From: Styela clava
Lineage: Eukaryota
NCBI RefSeq assembly: GCF_964204865.1
Contig: NC_135258.1
Span: 9,300,001-9,364,000 of the forward strand
Direction: 5' to 3'
DNA length: 64,000 bases
The stretch's first letter is position 1, and each line of letters begins with the position of its first letter. This document shows, piece after piece, positions 37,193 to 50,235 of this stretch. The notes below the pieces were generated by a model. The model worked only from the letters and a program-made list of their open reading frames with translations, had not been told where the DNA came from and did not search any database. Both the position numbers and the translations under genes were made by a program.

Positions 37193-39333
37193 ATGAACAA
37201 GTTTTTACGCATCAGCTCAGTGTTGCTCAAGCCAAAATTGAAACCACCGATATCCTGGAAAATGGAATCTTTGGCAACAACAAATGGTGTTTCAGAAGCA
37301 AAAAAATGGGCTGCGGTCCGTGCTGTTGATATTCATGTGCAGGTTTGTACAGATCAAAATATCGCAAATATTTTTTTTTGAATTTGAAAAAAAAAATTTA
37401 AATTTTGTAAGCTGTGACTATCATACCAGGGAATAAATTGAAAATACAACCAGAAAGATTTTCCCACAATTAGTTGCTACTTCTCTGGTACAATGTTTGG
37501 GAATAAGCTGCAAAACTCAGAAAAATCATGGCTTAAGCTACCTTTTCAATATATGACTATCCGTTATTTTCTTGCATAATGCAATACTGCATTTTGGCAC
37601 ACAAATCACAGAAAAATGATAGTATCCATATATTGTACGCACAGCCGATTTCTGTTCTCCCTCGCGCCGCCGGCCTTGCCTTTTTTACACATGGTTTTAA
37701 TCTCAAACAAATGTTTGCAGTTGTACTAATCTGCGTTACGTAACCTTTCTTATTGTGGCATTACATAGATACTTGTTATGGTTTAGAACACTCAATGCAT
37801 TGGGATTGGAAGTGGATCAACAATAGTTTATGCAGTTCAAAGAATTGCCGAAAGAGTGAAAGAAGAAGATTTGCTTGTTACTTGTGTACCAACATCATTT
37901 CAAGCTCGTCAACTCATCATAGAAAATAACCTTGTTCTTGCTGATCTTGATACAAATCCGATTTTGGATGTTGTTATTGATGGTGCAGATGAATTTGACA
38001 ATGATTTGACTCTAATAAAAGGTGGAGGGTAAGTACTAGATTTTTACTTTAAAATCTTGACAGGCAAAATCTAGTGGTAATAAAAATAACCACAGAATAA
38101 TTAAGACACTTGGATTTGTTGATCAACTTAGGCATACCTCCTTACTAGAAAATGCTTTTCTACACATGAAAGTACGCACGACTTTCCAGGAATTTACCCA
38201 AGCAAGGTTGCAATTTGTTAGCTCTCAAGTGGAATTGAAAGTCAATGGTAAACTATTTGTAAGAAACCACTAATGCAATGCCCTAAGAACTATTTTTGGA
38301 TTTGTTTTGTTATACAATAAACCAGTGGGTAGGATATGCAAAGCAGAAAGTGTGTCTGTGCATACACCATGCACAACCATATTGTTCGCATAAAATGAGG
38401 TTGAAATATGCTGTTCTGTTGTTTACAGACCATCCTTTTTTACAGGGGTTGTCTTACTCAAGAAAAGATTGTTGCATATTCAGGGAAGGAATTTGTAATT
38501 GTCGCGGACAACAGGTATGTTCACTTCAAGCGGTAAAAGAGAATAAAGCAAAAATTGCCATGTCTAATAAAATTCTTTTTTCAACAGTAAGAAATCGGAC
38601 AAACTTGGTGATAACTGGAAGAGGGGCATCCCGATTGAGGTGATTCCAATGGCAAGAGTGCCCGTCACAAAGTCCATTACCTACATGTTTGGAGGAGAAG
38701 TTATTTTAAGGATGGCAAAAAGTAAAGCGGTATGTCCTAAATGTTCAGATTTCATAATTATCTGGCATTGATTGATATTCTTGGTCAAGTATGAAATGCT
38801 AGTTGATGCAAAGCAATTGCACACGAGCCACGAAAGTTCTGAAGTTTTAAAAACACATGACTGCTTCTCCTGATAGCCTCGCACAATTTTCACCCTAAGC
38901 TAGACGCATTTAAAGTATTACAGTAAGTATTACAACTTGTGCAGCTGACCTAATAATCAGATCTGCCAATAAAGAAAGAAGCCCTTTGTGCAAATGGCAG
39001 TTGGCCGTCCTAATCTTTCCAAGCAATTCTAAACAATTTCCTTCTTGCTTCTCAGGGTCCTGTTGTGACTGATAATGGAAACTTTATATTGGATTGGAAA
39101 TTCAAGAAGCTGCATGACTGGACCGAAGTGCATAAAGAAATTAAACTTATCCCAGGTTAGTTCGTAGCCATCATATTTATTCCAATAAATAAACTCAAAA
39201 GATTTGTCACCTAAACCAAACATTTATTTCATGAACAGGAGTGGTAGAAACTGGACTTTTTGTCGACATGGCAAAGTGTGTTTACGTCGGTCATCCAGAT
39301 GGTACAGTGGAAGTCATACATGCCAAAATTTGA
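37193..39333 (+). CDS. RPIA: Ribose-5-phosphate isomerase A, 6 exons, about 265 aa
   Basis: Exons 37193-37342, 37787-38028, 38446-38514, 38588-38729, 39056-39155, 39239-39333. [47 protein letters not shown]. Confidence 0.95.
39223..39228 (-). terminator. Candidate polyA signal (AATAAA) for PTGES2
   Basis: tttatt on the plus strand, with a second at 39176-39181. Both lie inside the last RPIA intron. Confidence 0.45.
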
Positions 39334-42300
39334 TTGTCCGTCGAGGAGGCAAGCTGTTGCTGCTTTTCTAAAACTTTTTTCATCCTGTAATACCAGGGTT
39401 TGATCCTCGTGTACTTTGCCATATCTTCGAACGATACAAGGCCTTCCATTACAGACAAAACTGCATATACAGACTGTAAAAGCAAAATAGAGAAACTGAG
39501 CACTTTTATATTATACCTTTTTGCTGCTACAGCTGTATTTGAATGGAAGAATTTTATTACTTCACATCGTGCATTGCAATATTGTTGTGAATAAAGCAAA
39601 TCTGTTTGTTATTAAGATGTCTGTTTAAATATTGCATATAGCAGCAGGCAATGGCATAGACAGGACTCGAAAGTTCGCTTCCTGGAAAAAAGACTGGGAC
39701 CACCACAACTATGTATGTTACGGGGATATTGCTTCTCAGACGCACAACACTAACCTCTGTCGCCTCTCAATTTTGTTGGTACTAATATAAATTTTAATTA
39801 GGGACACAGCAAGGGCTAGACAGAAACGCTTATTCCATGAACAGTGGGAAGAGAAGCCCTACTCATCTGGTTCAGACCAGCCAGAAGCAATTAAAAAGAC
39901 TCTGGCCACTTTAAACACTTACCAGATCAGCAAGATTAGGTTCATCTCCACCCATGAATTTCTTCTTTCCCATTGCATCACACCATTCATTACAAGCAAG
40001 ATAGAGATCCACTCGAACATCATCTCTCATATTATATCTGAAACGATATTATTTTTACTTGATCTACTTGTACTTCAAAAGTGGATTAAACCGTAACTTG
40101 CAAAGTTGCAATATATATGATTTGAGATGAAGTGTGCACTTCTTAAAACTACATGACATTTAGAGTTAGTTGTATGAACTAGGTTCCAATGGTACTTGTA
40201 TTAATGTCCAAAATTTTTTTATATCAAGATCTGGATTGCAAACAGCAAAGTAACACGTGGTCGCTCAAACCTAAAAAGGTATGTTACAGATAGTTGTGAG
40301 CCAATGCTTTTTTGAGTCATTTTCATTAATACTGTTTCATACGATACACCCATAGCAGTGGTCACCGAAGTGTGGGTCGGGACCCCAGGTGGGGCCGCCT
40401 TAAATATTTATGGGGTCGCAGAGTGTCCATCGATGTTTTGTTCTGTTATTATTTTATTGGGTGTGTGATGTCTTGGATATTACCAAATTGCCAGTAGACA
40501 AAAATATTACAGTTTATTATAAGTAAAACGTCAGTATAACACTGTTTTAACGTTATACATTTCACATGAATAATATGCATGCAGACAAGGAGCAATTACG
40601 AGAAAGTAATTATGCCATGTTGATCACAAATGGGTTGGGGTGAAAAAGAATGAGTGTACAGTCTACACTTCACTAGGCCGACTAGCGATATTCTGAATTA
40701 GAGTGATATCTCTGTAATAAGGCTATTGTGTAACGACAATAATATAAGTTTTAAAGTAAAAAGTGTTGCGTTTTCACTGTAATGGACTATGACTATTGCT
40801 TTATTGTTTGTTAAGTTTCACAAAGGGCTGATAAACATAAATGAATAGGTCATGTGATAAATTTTTTTTTAAAGCATGGTTGAACCGAAATGCGCTGTTT
40901 GTCAAAAAGTTCTATCGATAAGAAGCTTAAGCTACATTATGCCACAATCTCAAAAGCTCTGCGAAGAAAAGCAATCGGTTAAATGTGTGATCAGTTTTTA
41001 TTGGTTTTATTTTTTTTCATTTCAGAAAATATACTTTGAGGGCGCCAATGCTCATCATACGTCATAATTTTTTGAAATGGGGTCGCTTCTTGAAAAGTTT
41101 GAAGACCACTGACCCATAGTATGCGACACCATACTACCGGAGACTGTACATCAGGGGTTCTCAAACTTTTGATGTTGCGGAGCCCTTAAAAAGTTGACTA
41201 TCATTCACGGAGCCCCAAAATATATGTTAAAATTGTTACTTTCCGATTAATATTCCTGAGTAAGTTTTTACCTAACTTAAATGCTAAACCTTTTTTAATA
41301 GGGTTAATACAAGCCATAAATAAATGTCAATTTCAAAAATAAATTAAATATACTAAAGCTGTAAATTTGACACTTGACAAACAAACATATTAATAAATTA
41401 GGGGTCGAATCTTTTCCCTTTTGACATTTTCGAAGACTTGAAAGGCCACTAATGATGTGCGTGATTGCATTTTGTTACAATCGGCGATTGTTTTCGTCAG
41501 CATGACGTGTTTTTAAACATCTTTACGTCGGTGTTTATTCTCCCTAAATCAAAAATTTCCTTCCGCATATACATGTATTGTTCTACAATGACAAGGATAA
41601 TTGCTTTTTTGTTCTTGTGGGGAATTATGAGTTCAATGTGAAAAACATGTTACCATATTATAGTCATCTACGAAGAAATGCTAAAAATATTAATTATTAA
41701 AGAGGTAAATCCGCAGTTCAAATTTCTTGATTAAAAAACGGCATTCTAAAATATTAAAACTTAAAATGGAAGATCACACTATAAGTTTGGTTTTAGCAGA
41801 CTCACGTCAGATTAAAAACGCTTTTATAGGCATTGTAAATCAGAAAATTTGATGTTTTGTTAGTTTTTTTTTGGTTATTCATTGTAGTAACTGCAAATCG
41901 AAACACAGTAAATTGTGCGCATGGTGTACCTTTTTTTCATTCTGAAACTACCAACGGAGCCGCACGCAATAAAATAAATTTCAATCATTCATATTTTGCC
42001 CAGATCTTATGATTTTTTTAAACGTCGACCTTATCTTGATTAAAAATAATCTCGAGTGCGAAAGAACAAATCAAGTTTGACAAATCGCAAAAATACGACT
42101 CCAAATATTTATAGTTAACAGTTTATCACATATTTTATGTTATTTTAGAATAGTATTCTTTCTTTTTAGCAATCCTAATAGTTATCTCGAATCAAACGTG
42201 AGTATTGATGAGCAGAATTAAATTATAACGACAAGACACTTTAAATGCTCGCATCGGTCATGAATTGAATATTTTAGGCAACAGAAATCTCGTTATCCGT

Positions 42301-45300
42301 TTTTTTTTAATTGCTAATGATGTTACCCGGAAATTTCCGATTTCAATTTTGAACCCTTTTAAGAATCCTGGCTGCGCTCCAGCTCATAAATAACGTCATT
42401 TTTTAATCCCGCCTCTTTGCCATATTTCGAGGCTATATTGTTGTCAAATTTTATTCAAGCTGTTATTGCTTCTTTGAACAGTTACAAAATTAGCCAAGTC
42501 TGTATTTTGAAAAGTAATCGGATAGTTCGCGGAGCCCTGGGGCTCCGTACGGAGCACTTTGAGAACCTATGCTGTAGTACATGATTATTATTTAATATCA
42601 AACAGTCTCTTAAGTAGCAAAACGTAATCCTAATTTATGCCATTACATACTTTTTCTTCAACTTTTTACTTATCAACCACATAGCGGTTGATCCAAAAAC
42701 TTTAGCGACAACGCCTTCCCAGGTACCATTAAACTTTCCTTGCTTCACATGGTGTGCAAATGCTTGATATGCTTCTCTGTAAGTTCGATAAACATTCGGT
42801 GAAATAAGGTGAACGAGATGATCATCAGTCCATTCTCTCCACATCACTTCCGTTCTATGTATGAAATTACAAAAGACTCTTTAACATTCCAATCAGAAGC
42901 AGCGTTCAGGGTCACAATAATACAAATAAACAAATTCCATTATTGTAATAATGCGTTGAATGCAATTATTATGACATTATGGTCGCCACGGTTGCCGCAA
43001 CAATAAATCAATAGCTGGAAATTTAACATGCGATTGTTATAAAAGTCGCCACATTTTGGATAGACTGGCTGTGTAACTGATCGCCAAGTGTTGCCGAGCA
43101 AGATAATTTGTCAATTTTCCAATAAAAAGGTAATGAAGTGATATGGGCCGGACTGTAGAGAATGTAGGACCTTGATCATTTAATTTAGCGCTCGAGTTTA
43201 TCTAGCACTATCTAAATGAAATTAAGAATCTGGTGAATTCAAAATTTCTATTCTAGAGAGTTTGAGTATGATTCAAGGGATTCTGAATTAGACAAACTCG
43301 ATTACAAATCATGCTACCTTCTCATATCATCCTCTGAAACATGTGTAGGTTTATCTGGTTCTTCTTCCAGAACCCAATATTTATTTAAAACAACTTCTTG
43401 CTTCTTTCCTTCTTCTGTTATGATTTCAGAGGAAGGATATTCTTTTAATATACCAGATAATTTCTTCTTACCCCCATCCTTCATATAGGTACTCAATATG
43501 CTGATAATAAGTGAAGAATCCTGCAATTCCTGGTTAAATGAAAATTTAGATTTGAAGGTTTCACAATTCATGGGAATACTGTAAACCGGGGCTACTCAAC
43601 AGGTGGACCGCAGTCCAATTCAGACCCCTTTAAGAATTCACATGGCAGCATAAACTCTATTATGTTTGGGTATGTATTCATGGAGGCTTCATTTCTAAAA
43701 AAAAATTTTATAATGTTGAAGAAGTTTGATCTTTTAATCATATACAACTCTATACAAAGATAATTGAGATTTTGTGCCATAATGATAGGAATATGAATAG
43801 CACAGTCTTGATCACAGAGTATAGGTAATCATTTGCTAGGAAACCACAATATGCAGGTGGTTACAGTTTTCTACAAATTACTTTGCTGTTAACTCTTCAA
43901 CCCTTAAAGTTGGGCATACTAAAATACAGTTTAGTGAACGAATCTTCAATAAAAGTAGTTGAATATTCCTGCTGTTTGCAATGTATACAGCCCATATATG
44001 TATATAATCATTTGCTTGAAGTTATATATATATTCATGATAACATAAGCCAGAATATTACATATATTAGCAACTGGAAAAGTTGGCTCTTTCAGTAGGTG
44101 GCTTAATAACGGCGACTGTTCGAGAAGCTGTAGCACAGGAATTTATGATTGTGAAAATTTCTGGCTTGCACCCCTGTATATATTGGATAGTGCTTCTGGA
44201 AGATTCTCAAGAGGTGTCATTCATAGGTAAAACAAGTGCTGGAGGGTGGAGTAAGCTTTTAATAATATGAAATCAATTAGAAAATTAGTTTTCAATGATC
44301 ACAATGCTGTACAATGATATACCATTGCCATCTATTCCGAAATGCAAATTAGATGATTATCTCCCTGTCTTTCTTATATGAACAAAATACCACTTTTTTG
44401 CGAATCCATTCAATTGGTAATTATGACTAACAATAGCCTTGATATCCACTAACGAAACTGGGAAGCTGATTTTTTTTCTATGCAATGATTAAGTATGTCC
44501 TTCTAATGTTTCCTGTTGAATACAAAAGAGAATAAATGACAAACATACTTCCTTGCCATCTTTGGTGTCGATGGTTACAATAGGAACTTTCTTATACTTT
44601 TCTGAAAACTTTATTTCTTTCTTGAAAATGGGATGAACTTCAACAATTTCAAACGGAATTTGCTTGTATATAAGAAATGTTCGTACTTTGGTACAGAATG
44701 GACAAGTCTGATATTGATAAAGTGTTACTTTGACATCTTTCCAAACTTTTTGGTCTTGATTCTAAAACACAGTCAAATGTTAAAATTGATGAATAGTACA
44801 TTTTCAAAAATTTGAATAATCAAAGATATAGGCAAAAAGGCACAACATGAAATTAGTTTGGCAGTAGATCTGCATAAATGTTGAACACACAATGACGTCT
44901 ATTGAGTATGTCTTAAAATATGATTTAGTCCTCAGGCGTTAGTGCAATTCACATATTCCTACTTATGTTATTGTTAATGGTTGCAGTGTATTTGGTAAAC
45001 AGTTTGTAAGTGAATATTGATGCTTCATAATTCTGCTGAAGTCGTTTGTTTCCTGCTATGAAACTAGTCATACAGAATAAAAAGGAAGTACCTGACTTCG
45101 AATGAACCAACAATATTCAACTATAATTATATTCAAACTGATATGACGTGTAACAACGCTGAACTGAACCAAAACATTATTGAATCAATGTATTCAAGCA
45201 TTGACGGGTACCTGAAGAAGTTTATGTTTAATGCTTATAGCAACTGCCACTGCATTGACATATTTTGGTGTGTACTTTCTTTATATGAATTTTATTTCAG

Positions 45301-46070
45301 TGTTTTAGAAGCACTGATATGAATTCATGTTTAACAAATTTTTTTATCCTTTTTTTTCAAAAATCATGTACAAAAATTTTAAATATAAGGCACGAAGTAT
45401 CGCTGTACCGCTCTCTGGCCAGATATGGCTTCCTATATCATCCTAATTAACTACTAAGACTAGTATGTGACGAACACTGGGTTATCAACATTGGATTCCA
45501 TTATATGTAACTACCGTTAATTGTTTGTACTAGTACTACTATTTATTCTTTCTGTAATTATTTGGAGCTCAATGCATGAAATTGTTTTTCAAAAATAAAA
45601 TTTTGAAACAAAAATTGCCTGTTATTGACATCTTAATTAAACAATTTTTTTTAATAATTCCATATTGGCTCCGGAATTCAATTTGGCAGAAAAAAGAGAC
45701 TGGTATGCCATTTCATATAATATATAAAACAATCCCACTAGCCAACCCATCCCTGTACCTCAGGTGATGTTTCTGCACAATGCAATTCTTCATTCCAACT
45801 TTCGAATAAGGCACTTGCTCCTCCAATACCAATAGCAGCCAAAAGATACACTTTCCACCTTTGCCAGCTTTCATGGTTTGAAAATTTCTTTTCTTTTATA
45901 TAAAGTGAAGAATTACTGTGACATCTTATAAAGTCTCCATAATTAACAGTGCTTGCTATTGGCTTCAAAAGAACGAGTTTATTACCTCCTTCACAGGATA
46001 AAATATGTTGAGAAGTTCTTGGAAGTAAACGTCTAAGTTTACCTCGTACATATATTCGGCACAGTGACAT
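39291..46070 (-). CDS. PTGES2: Prostaglandin E synthase 2 (mPGES-2), 6 exons, about 412 aa
   Basis: Exons 46070-45759, 44761-44549, 43529-43318, 42854-42651, 40037-39923, 39473-39291. YQTCPFCTKVR (CPFC), WREWTDDHLVHLISPNVYRT, GGDEPNLADLSVYAVLSVMEG. Confidence 0.93.
39590..39595 (+). terminator. Candidate polyA signal (AATAAA) for RPIA
   Basis: First AATAAA I found after the RPIA stop. It lies within the last PTGES2 intron. Confidence 0.45.
40356..41111. mobile_element. Non-autonomous hAT (Charlie/Buster-like) element with a zinc-finger remnant
   Basis: Ends cagtggtc / gaccactg. Perfect 8-bp TSD acccatag (40348-40355, 41112-41119). Internal EPKCAVCQKVLS remnant at about 40880. Confidence 0.88.
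41152..42571. mobile_element. Non-autonomous hAT (Charlie-like) element, about 1.4 kb
   Basis: TIR caggggttctcaaa / tttgagaacctatg, cggagccc subterminal motifs, imperfect TSD ctgtacat / ctgtagta. Confidence 0.75.
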
Positions 46071-47991
46071 AATTTTATTGCTAGAAAAGTAATATAAATC
46101 AATTATTCGATGTCAGATTCAGCTGTAAACACTTGAATTGTATGCAACTCATGGGTTACGAAAATGTTGACTTCCACCTTAAAACTTAGGTGAACACAAT
46201 ACATTTTTAGTCAGACTTTCAAATGACCATAATGCTGATATTAAGGTATGGGCTGACCCAAAAAACAGAACCCAGGTCTATGGATTCCGTTTTTTTGGGT
46301 CACCCGATATCGAGAGAATACGCAAAATGAAAAATGAGAAATATGAATTTTCAATTGTCCTTAATTTCTGACAAATATTCTAAATTCTCAAGATATGCAG
46401 TAGATATATTCTACTTGAGTGTTGCCGACAAACATTAAGGAAACAATGTTATTTCATTGATTATAACAAAATTGTGTTATAAAGTATTCATGTCCTGTCT
46501 ATTATTGAAGACAATATTAATCCACAATCATGGAACGAAAATTTTTAAATTACAATACATGTTACAACATCTCAGAATTCAGAGACATTTTACAAGCAAA
46601 ATCATCGATGGTTTGGTGGTTAGACCGGTTAAAGTGCCTATGTTGATGCCGTAGGATAAAAATCTTGACTTTGAACCCCATTTTGAACCTCTACAAGGCT
46701 GTGTAAGTGTAAAGTGTAAAATGTTTTTGAAAAATGGCAACTTCGAACCATTTTTCTATATCAAATCTTCAACCTAAATACTCCAAACACTCTGTTAATA
46801 TTCTGTTAGACTTAGATATAACATCAAAAGGTAGGATGTATGATAAACATTTGCCACCTTCATTTAAGAATTGATGACTCAGGAGAGGAAACATTCATGT
46901 CCTGACAACAGGTACTGAATAATTTATTATAGACATTATTCGAAACATCTCCACTCTACTTTATTAACAAATGTTTGACATTTGCGGTAATGTTATTATG
47001 AGGTGACTACCATAGATATAACAGATGGCCCACATATCCCTGTTTTATCAATTTCCATCAGCATGTTACCATAACATTAAATAATTGAAACATCTACTTA
47101 TTTCTAGTAAATATCGAACTTTCATGAGTCAAATGCCGGTTATTTCAGTAAAATATTTCAATAAAGAACATACAATTTCAAAGTAAAACAGTGCAATAAC
47201 ATGCCCGCTAGCTCACAAAAATAACAAAATTAAGCGGTTTCCAAAGGGTTGCTAAGTGTGCGGCGAAAATTAACATAACTGTATTAAACATAAATAAAAT
47301 AGGATTGGATATTTTACACATTGTATTTATTATGAATGTTATATGAATCAAAAATTCATTTTACTTTTCTATGTCGTTTACTCTCTTTTTTAGCATTTCA
47401 AAAGAAAATCAGGCAGAAATGAGGAAGAAGAGTCATCTTAGGGATATATGATTACATTTATGGTCACAAAATAAAGTTTTATTTAAAAGCCGCACTATTT
47501 TTCCCGTGTAAGGGCGTCGTGACATTTTTTCCCTGATAATTTAGCGCCACGCCAACAAAAAGTTTGGAATCCGCTGGTTTAGAGAAAGGGCATGAAAACA
47601 TAAAATTAGGACTATATTGTCTAATTTTCTTTGGTATAAAACTTGACTGGCACAAATAACTCAATCATACTCTTATATCATTTAAGTTTATCAATTCAAG
47701 TTCCTTGATTTAACAGACATAATGAATTGCTAGTGATAATTTTATTTGTATTTCAGTGTATTGGCAACAAGAGTACAACCCTAGGTTGATCTAGATGCGT
47801 CAGTTCGCATTTTTATTATTCTTCATCTCAAAAATAATTTTCTGAACACGCCTCATAACAATTCACAGTTAGATTATGGATTGAGATCTAGTACGAAGCA
47901 TTATTCTTTCCCAAAAATGCTGTCAAGTGCCACTGTTTGCATGCTGCACCAGAAGACACACACATATCTATGTATGTAGTCAACTTTGAAA

Positions 47992-48471
47992 TCAAAATCC
48001 AATATTTTCTGAGCCAGTCATTGGTTCAGTCTTTACATCTTTCACAGCGTCTTCATTTTTACGTTTTAAATTTGCTTCCATGACAGCTTGTTGAAGACGA
48101 ATTCGTTTTCGTGTATAATACTGCCAGTGTAAAAGCATTTGATCTTCTATAAATTTCGCACATGGAGTGTTCACTAGTTCCTTTCGGAAGTCCTCATATT
48201 GAAGAAGTTCCAGCATATAAAGGCATTGAGGGTATCGGAGATACTTCGCATAGCGGGGTTGTTTCCAATACAAAAGATACTTGAGATAATTAACGAAGTC
48301 TTTATTTTTGAAGTGGCCTCTCTGTGCCAGAAAGTTTAAGTAATTTGGATTGGAGAGACATTGTACAAACTCTAGTTCTACTTCAAAGCGAATTGATTCA
48401 GGATTCCTTACCGGAATGGGCACATTACCGCCCGGGCCTTGAATATTTGGCCCCTGTCTGTCCGCTGCCAT
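47992..48471 (-). CDS. MED31: Mediator subunit MED31 (SOH1), 159 aa, intronless
   Basis: RFEVELEFVQCLSNPNYLNFLAQRG and YLKYLLYWKQPRYAKYLRYPQCL. Confidence 0.96.
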   Translation of the reverse strand: MAADRQGPNIQGPGGNVPIPVRNPESIRFEVELEFVQCLSNPNYLNFLAQRGHFKNKDFVNYLKYLLYWKQPRYAKYLRYPQCLYMLELLQYEDFRKELVNTPCAKFIEDQMLLHWQYYTRKRIRLQQAVMEANLKRKNEDAVKDVKTEPMTGSENIGF

Positions 48472-49028
48472 TGGTTTTGGTAGTCTTCAATAATATCCAA
48501 TCAATTAAAATAATAATTCAACTATATTAGTATTCTAAAATAAATAATCAACATACAATATCTGACTTAAATTAAACTAGCAGTGCAAAATTCAGATACA
48601 TTTCCGTATTCTCAAACAATATGCAAATGATAAAACAAAACAAGCACAATTAATATTTATCAACGGAACACACACGGTCAGACATCAATTACGGACAAAA
48701 ACTCAAATGATTGAGATTTATCAGTAATTTATGTTTAACCAAGCATGATCTGATAGATTTATTGTTCAAATGAAAGCAATAGCATGAAGAAAGATTATGA
48801 AATAAATTATACATAGTAACTAAAGCACAAGAGAAAACTGAGCACTAACATTTAGGCTATTATAGGACACAATTATATACGAAACAGGAGTTTTAGATAT
48901 TTAAATAAAATAAGATTTTTAGAACAGATTATCAATGTGCTTTGTAACTGGATCAAACTTAAAACCGAACTTTGTGTAAAATAATATATAAATACGCATA
49001 ATATTCAATTTTATGTGAATTAGAGGAA

Positions 49029-49574
49029 CAGTGGTTTTTAACCTTCTCGGTCAGGCGGAACCTCATTGGAACATTCCAGAGAACTCTTATTGACTGATTA
49101 GTTTAATTAAACCAAGAGTGTGCAACCTTCAATACAGTAGAGCCAGATATGAATAACTGAATGAAACCGTGGGCCGCACCTTTATTCAACTTCTTAGTAT
49201 TTGCAGGCACGAAAATTGTGTTGATTGATTCTATGACATGTGTTGTTTGCTTCGCAAGGTCATAGGCATAGATATTAAATTAGACTCAGGTACACCCTTT
49301 ACAGTGCAATGGAATTGGAATTACTTGCACATACCAGATTAAACAAAATTAAAAACTCTTTCGAGGGCCGTACGTATTCAAAATTGGCACTTCTCCGCGG
49401 GTCACACGAATTTCCCTCGTGGGCCGCTAACCGCAGGTTGCAAACCCATATTTTAAACTATAAATGTATACAAAGCAAATCCGGAACTGGTGAAACAAAG
49501 CGGAAATTTGCAGAACTCTCAGACCGTACTGGTAGAACTCTAAGATGCCACGGAACCCCTTGTTAAAGCCACTG
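49029..49574. mobile_element. Charlie-like MITE with a second hAT MITE nested at 49113-49450
   Basis: Outer ends cagtggtttttaac / gttaaagccactg. Inner ends caagagtgtgcaacct / aggttgcaaacccata with gggccg motifs, flanked by aattaaac / ttttaaac. Confidence 0.6.
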
Positions 49575-49652
49575 TAGTAAGTTATACCATAATGAGGTAT
49601 AAATAAGTCACTCTATGTCAGGAACATTGTCATACACTAATATCATTTATAT

Positions 49653-50235
49653 CGACGCATGAAATCCAAATTGGGCTAAGTCCATTTTTCTAGTTTTGAG
49701 AAAAACGCAAAAAACGTTTTTTTTTGTTTCTTTTTTTTATTTCTCTAATACCTTACATGGAGGATGTCTAGTTTTTATGGTCCACCAAATGAAGGCCATA
49801 TTTGGATGGTATAAAAAAAATTGTGCTCCGCCCCAATTTTTTTGGGGTTTTTTTTTTTGGACTTAACCCTTTTTGGCTCTCAATTTTCTGGACCAGAAAC
49901 AATTTTATTGGACTTAGGGCCCCTTTATTATGTTTTTATAGAGGCTGGTATGGACTTAGCGCTTTGTATTATATTTTTTGAGAGGAGCTATGTCCAAACA
50001 ACGGACTTATCCCCAACTTACAATGCAGTTATCCAGAGTTAAGTCCACTATAGTAGACACAGCTCTGTTTAGTTCTCAAATGCCCTGAAAAAAGCAGGGT
50101 TATGTCCATAGCTGTCTTGAGATCTAGAGCACCTAGAGATAAGGCAAATAGACCAAAATGTCCAGGAAAATCAGCAATTGAAAAATGTCATTTTTTGGAA
50201 AAGTGGACTTAGCAATGTTTGGTTTTGAGGTGTCG
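49653..50235. mobile_element. TIR-bounded non-autonomous DNA transposon, family uncertain
   Basis: cgacgcatgaaatccaaattgggctaagtccatttttc vs reverse complement cgacacctcaaaaccaaacattgctaagtccacttttc. Repeated internal ggactta motifs. Confidence 0.65.
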
